NCBI GenBank assembly: GCA_963718615.1
Contig: OY970368.1
Span: 1,792,001-1,856,000, forward strand
Reading direction: 5' to 3'
Length of the DNA: 64,000 bases
Source: an uncultured cyanobacterium
GTDB lineage: Bacteria; Cyanobacteriota; Cyanobacteriia; PCC-9006; JAAUQQ01
The notes under the pieces were generated by a model, which was not told where the DNA came from, did not search any database, and worked only from the letters and a program-made list of their open reading frames with translations. Below are positions 60,035 through 64,000 of this stretch, in pieces. The translations under genes and the position numbers were made by a program. Position 1 is the first letter of the stretch. Each line of letters begins with the position of its first letter.

Positions 60035-61358
60035 TTGACTACTCTCCCACCTGAAGGAGGGGGATTCTCCGGATCACTCAGGAGACTTTCTGCTTCATCG
60101 CACCTGCCCTCACAGACTTACTCTGTTCGGGTCTTACAGTCGCTCCACAGACTGACACCGCAAGTCCTGCGGCCAATACGTTCACAGCAGCATTGATATC
60201 CCGGTCGTGATGTTCACCACAGTTCGGACAATCCCAAGCACGAATATTCAACGGCAGTTTTTCGACGACATGCCCACAATGGGAGCATCGTTTAGAACTG
60301 GGGAACCAACGGTCAATCTTGACCAGTTCCCTGCCGTACCATTCGCACTTGTACTCAAGCTGCCTGACCAACTCTCCCCAACTCGCGTCACTAATCGACA
60401 ACGCCAGCTTGGGGTTTTTCACCATGTTCTTCACAGCCAAGTCTTCGATGGCGATCGTTTGGTTCTCGCGCACCAATCGCGTCGTCAGCTTGTGAAGGAA
60501 ATCCTTGCGGGCATTAGCAATCTCTTCATGGATTTGGGCAACTTTCAACCGCGCTTTGTAACGGTTGTTCGAGCCCTTCTCCTTTCGTGCCAACGCTTTC
60601 TGAGCCTTCTTCAGTCGTTTGTGCTTAGCTCTAAACGACTTGGGATTGTTCACCTTTTCACCCGTGCTCAGGGCTATCAGGCTGTTGATGCCCAAATCAA
60701 TCCCCACTTTCAGGAGACTAACCGGCCATGGCTCAATATCCACGTCCACCAACAGACTGACAAACCACTTCCCCGAGGGCGTCAACTTTACCGTGATGCT
60801 AGAGGGTTCAGCACCCTCTGGAAGCTGCCTGCTCCACCGAATCGGCAAGGGTTCAGAACATTTGGCCAGAAACACCTGACCCTCCTTGAACTTAAACGCC
60901 GACTTGGTAAACTCAGCACTGCCACCATTCCGCTTCTTTTTGAACTTTGGGTACTTTGCCCGACCCGCAAAGAAGTTGGTAAACGCTTTCTGGAGATGCC
61001 GCAGCCCTTGTTGCAGGGGCACACAACTGACCTCATTGAGAAAGGAGAGTTCCTCTTCTTTCTTCCACAGGGTCAACATGACAGAGGTTTCCGCATACCC
61101 CACCCGCGCCTGTCGTTCGTACCAAGCTTGAGTTCTTTCAGCCAAGGCGCGATTGTAGACCAGACGAGCGCAACCCATCGTCCGTCTGAGCAAATCTTCC
61201 TGCTCAGCGGTTGGATAAAAGCGGTATCGGAATGCCTTTTGTGTCATTCTCACATTATAGTACATTGACTGTGAGAGCCGCTAAATTATTGCTCCCTCAC
61301 GGTCGCGCTCCTATCCCTCCCCGGCCTGAAGGCGCGGGGTCTCTCGGAGGTTTCGATG
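60035..61358 (-). mobile_element. IS200/IS605-family non-autonomous element (tnpB only)
   Basis: Right-end hairpin ending TCAA at 60035; left-end hairpin CCCCGGCCTGAAGGCGCGGGG at ~61319-61339; no tnpA. Confidence 0.8.
60078..61247 (-). CDS. tnpB: RNA-guided endonuclease TnpB
   Basis: FRYRFYPT HTH; RuvC GIDLG, IEDL, DRDINAA; CxxC zinc finger. Confidence 0.95.
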   Translation of the reverse strand: MTQKAFRYRFYPTAEQEDLLRRTMGCARLVYNRALAERTQAWYERQARVGYAETSVMLTLWKKEEELSFLNEVSCVPLQQGLRHLQKAFTNFFAGRAKYPKFKKKRNGGSAEFTKSAFKFKEGQVFLAKCSEPLPIRWSRQLPEGAEPSSITVKLTPSGKWFVSLLVDVDIEPWPVSLLKVGIDLGINSLIALSTGEKVNNPKSFRAKHKRLKKAQKALARKEKGSNNRYKARLKVAQIHEEIANARKDFLHKLTTRLVRENQTIAIEDLAVKNMVKNPKLALSISDASWGELVRQLEYKCEWYGRELVKIDRWFPSSKRCSHCGHVVEKLPLNIRAWDCPNCGEHHDRDINAAVNVLAAGLAVSVCGATVRPEQSKSVRAGAMKQKVS

Positions 61359-62120
61359 ATGAGCTTTATCCCAGTCACCGCACTGCTGTTGAGTCCTGCG
61401 ATCGCGCTACCGTTGGCCAGTGGGGTTGTGCCGATTGTGCCGTTGGTTCCCCAGCCAGTTTTGACGGAGACCTCAAAGCGGGGGATTCCTGCGGATGCTC
61501 TTGTCGCGATCGCCATCACCGAGCAAGAACAGCTCCAAAGCGCCCTCTCCTTCGGCGAATGGGAAGAAGCCAATCGATTGACCAGTTCAATTTTACTCAA
61601 ATCCGTCAACCAGTACGGGCGCGGCTACTTAATTGCCAAGGACACGCGCCAAATCCCTTGCAAAACCCTAGAAAGTGTCGACCACCTCTGGACTAGCGCC
61701 AGCAGCGGTCATTTTGGCCTCAGTGTCCAGGCGCAGATCTGGCATGCCCTCAAGGGCAAATCCTTTGAAGACGTGACGAAATTCGAGGATCGGATTGGCT
61801 GGCTAGGACCCGTCGACTTTCTTTCAACGGTGACTGCGCCTAAAGGTCATCTGCCTCTCCGGCCCGTGAAGCCAGCGGGCATGGCCGATGCCTGGGGGGG
61901 CTGGTGGATTCAGGAAATGTCGAAGCGACTGGTGGCCTGCAAGCTCATCGAAGACCCCAATCCCCCTGCGCCCACACCGACGACTCCAGCGGCAAAACCG
62001 GGAACGACACCGGGAACGACGCCCAAACCGAAACCGGCCAGCACACCCGCCAACCCCCAACCCCAGCCGAAGCCTCCAGTCCGGTTGCGCGATATTTTGC
62101 CCCCGGTGGAATCACGTTAG
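61356..62120 (+). CDS. GUN4-domain protein with signal peptide and Pro-rich tail
   Basis: WEEANRLT, VDHLWTSASSGHFGLSVQ, GHLP. Confidence 0.88.
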   Translation: MMSFIPVTALLLSPAIALPLASGVVPIVPLVPQPVLTETSKRGIPADALVAIAITEQEQLQSALSFGEWEEANRLTSSILLKSVNQYGRGYLIAKDTRQIPCKTLESVDHLWTSASSGHFGLSVQAQIWHALKGKSFEDVTKFEDRIGWLGPVDFLSTVTAPKGHLPLRPVKPAGMADAWGGWWIQEMSKRLVACKLIEDPNPPAPTPTTPAAKPGTTPGTTPKPKPASTPANPQPQPKPPVRLRDILPPVESR

Positions 62121-62154
62121 TTTCCATGGAGAGCTTGCAACGCTAGGCCTGAAG

Positions 62155-62718
62155 CTAATCCTTTAACCAATCAAAGATTTCTCCCACCGTTAGCTGTACC
62201 GTCTGGGCAAACTCCGGTACCGGCAACACCGCATCTGTGGCATCAAAGATCTGCACCGAGTGGTCGGAACCATACACAAAAATGCAGGTCTCCGCTGGAT
62301 CCAGCAGCCAGCCCATCTCGGTGCCATGGGCAATGCAGTGGAGGATATTACGAATCACCTTGGTTTGGCTCTGTCTGGGCGACAGAATCTCTATGACCCA
62401 ATCTGGATGCAGCTCAAACGCATTCGCAATCTCCCCATTGGCATCCCGAGGAATTCGCTCCGTGCGAAAAACCGACACATCCGGCACAATTGAGCGTCCA
62501 CCAAACGTACAGCGTAGCTCAGGAAAGGCTTGCGCCGTCCGCTGGGGCCTAAAGGCTGTGGTTAGGACAAAACTCAACTCGCGCTGAAGCAGGCTGTGCT
62601 TTCCTTGGGGCATGGGTTTCTGGATAATTTCTCCATCGATGTATTCGCTGGCGGGCTTGGTTTCTGGCAATTTCAGAAATGCTTCTAGCGTTAACGGTTT
62701 GGGGGGCGCTTGAACCAT
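62155..62718 (-). CDS. Uma2-family endonuclease
   Basis: PETKPASEYIDG, PDWVIEILSP. Confidence 0.92.
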   Translation of the reverse strand: MVQAPPKPLTLEAFLKLPETKPASEYIDGEIIQKPMPQGKHSLLQRELSFVLTTAFRPQRTAQAFPELRCTFGGRSIVPDVSVFRTERIPRDANGEIANAFELHPDWVIEILSPRQSQTKVIRNILHCIAHGTEMGWLLDPAETCIFVYGSDHSVQIFDATDAVLPVPEFAQTVQLTVGEIFDWLKD

Positions 62719-62909
62719 GCTGGGAAAAGGGGTTGAGCCTGTACCGATACAATCTATGGTAACGCGATTGCTGAGTCACACCGCTACCCTCTGGCACAGG
62801 CGATAAACCCCGATGATGGACATCCGATGCCGAGAGACACCGTATAAAGAGAGAAATCCAGCCTGTTTGGGTACCTTGAGGGTGCATTTACCTTCATCTC
62901 CAGCCCACC

Positions 62910-64000
62910 ATGACCGATTTCGCTCTCGTTATCGCTGGAGCTGTTGCTGGCCTGTGGATTGGCGTCTTACCGGGCTATGCCTTTCCTGCTGAGCAAACGG
63001 CACATCCTTTGAGTCCAGAGGAGCCTAGCTTAGATAGTCTTGGCCAGATTACCGCTGTTGAACAGCTTCGGGATGTTCAACCCACAGATTGGGCCTATCA
63101 GGCGGCCAAACAGCTCGTCGAACGTCACAATTGTCTTGCTGGATATCCGGGGGGATTATGGCGGGGCGATCGCCCCCTCTCCCGTTACGAATTTGCCGCT
63201 GGTATCAACGCCTGCCTTGAACAGCTCACCTTAGCCGTAGACACTGCTGCCCTGTCTGGGGTTGAAAAAAACGATTTAGACATTTTGCAACGGCTAAACG
63301 AGCAGTTTGTGGCAGAATTGCGGGAGGTGCGATCGCATCTCCCTCCCCTCGAACAGCGAACTGAAACCCTAGCCACCCAAGAATTTTCGACCACGACAAA
63401 GCTCTTTGGCCAAGCTGTGATCGGTCTGCGCGGGTCCAACAACAACGGGGTCGATTTATTTCCCCAGGATGGCATCCCCGAACGCCGGGGCAGCGGCACG
63501 GTTACCCTGGGCGGTGAAGCAGAACTGACGCTGGCCACCTCGTTTACGGGCCAGGATTTGCTCCTAACCACACTTAAAACCGGCAACCTTAGCGCTTCCG
63601 CCCCAACCCAGTTCACCAACATGGGCCGCCTCGCCACTGAAACCGATCTAGACAACCGCTGGGTGTTGGGAGATCTGTCCTATCGCTTTGCCGCGACGCC
63701 GAACCTGGGCCTAATCGTCGGGCCTCTAGGGGTCAATCCGGTGAATACGTTTCGGGGGCTTAATCCCCTAGAAGACAGCGGCAACGGCGCGCTCTCGCTC
63801 CTCGCACAGCGCAATCCCGTGCTTTCCGTGGGAAATGGCACAGGTGGGATCGGCTTTGACTGGCAAATGACTTCGGCCCTGAGTCTACAAGGGATTTATA
63901 GCGCTGAGTTGCCCAGTCTCACCCGCACTCAGGCTGGCCGATCCGCTGGACTCATTGGGGGGCGATACGCGACGGGGTTGCAACTGGCAGCGGGGTTGGG
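62910..64000 (+). CDS. SLH-domain OprB-type (iron-uptake family) porin, runs off right edge
   Basis: Manual translation: QITAVEQLRDVQPTDWAYQA..LSRYEFAAG..FSTTTKL. Confidence 0.9.
   Translation, partial: MTDFALVIAGAVAGLWIGVLPGYAFPAEQTAHPLSPEEPSLDSLGQITAVEQLRDVQPTDWAYQAAKQLVERHNCLAGYPGGLWRGDRPLSRYEFAAGINACLEQLTLAVDTAALSGVEKNDLDILQRLNEQFVAELREVRSHLPPLEQRTETLATQEFSTTTKLFGQAVIGLRGSNNNGVDLFPQDGIPERRGSGTVTLGGEAELTLATSFTGQDLLLTTLKTGNLSASAPTQFTNMGRLATETDLDNRWVLGDLSYRFAATPNLGLIVGPLGVNPVNTFRGLNPLEDSGNGALSLLAQRNPVLSVGNGTGGIGFDWQMTSALSLQGIYSAELPSLTRTQAGRSAGLIGGRYATGLQLAAGL

Noticed and set aside
18000-64000. Very frequent GCGATCGC octamer
   Set aside because: Known cyanobacterial HIP1; useful for taxonomy, not novel

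Overview
Cyanobacterial chromosome segment, inferred from abundant HIP1 GCGATCGC sites and genes such as mgdA, CBS-CP12, a PatA-type regulator, Uma2, GUN4 and an SLH porin. Bases 1-~18027 are an integrated, virus-like element that continues off the left edge. It carries a tyrosine recombinase, a putative virion module with no recognisable terminase, portal, HK97 capsid, tail or packaging ATPase, a holin-like gene plus amidase, a Rep gene with internal iterons, a divergent promoter/operator switch and a membrane-protein operon. At its right end sits an atypical IS110-family DEDD recombinase preceded by a structured non-coding region. Loops in that region match both sides of the element/host junction around a shared TAT, so it is a candidate bridge RNA. 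The main hypothesis is an RNA-guided IS110 recombinase acting as the integrase of a tailless provirus. This copy looks defective (an IS21 insertion and a frameshift in structural genes). The rest of the window is host DNA with a repeat-delimited toxin-antitoxin cassette array, a broken CHAT-STAND locus containing a gene pair with matching amyloid-like motifs, IS4, IS5/IS630 and TnpB elements, tandem GH9 cellulases, NiSOD, a filamentous-haemagglutinin-like protein and two-component genes. All calls come from reading the sequence and recalled family motifs; no searches were run.
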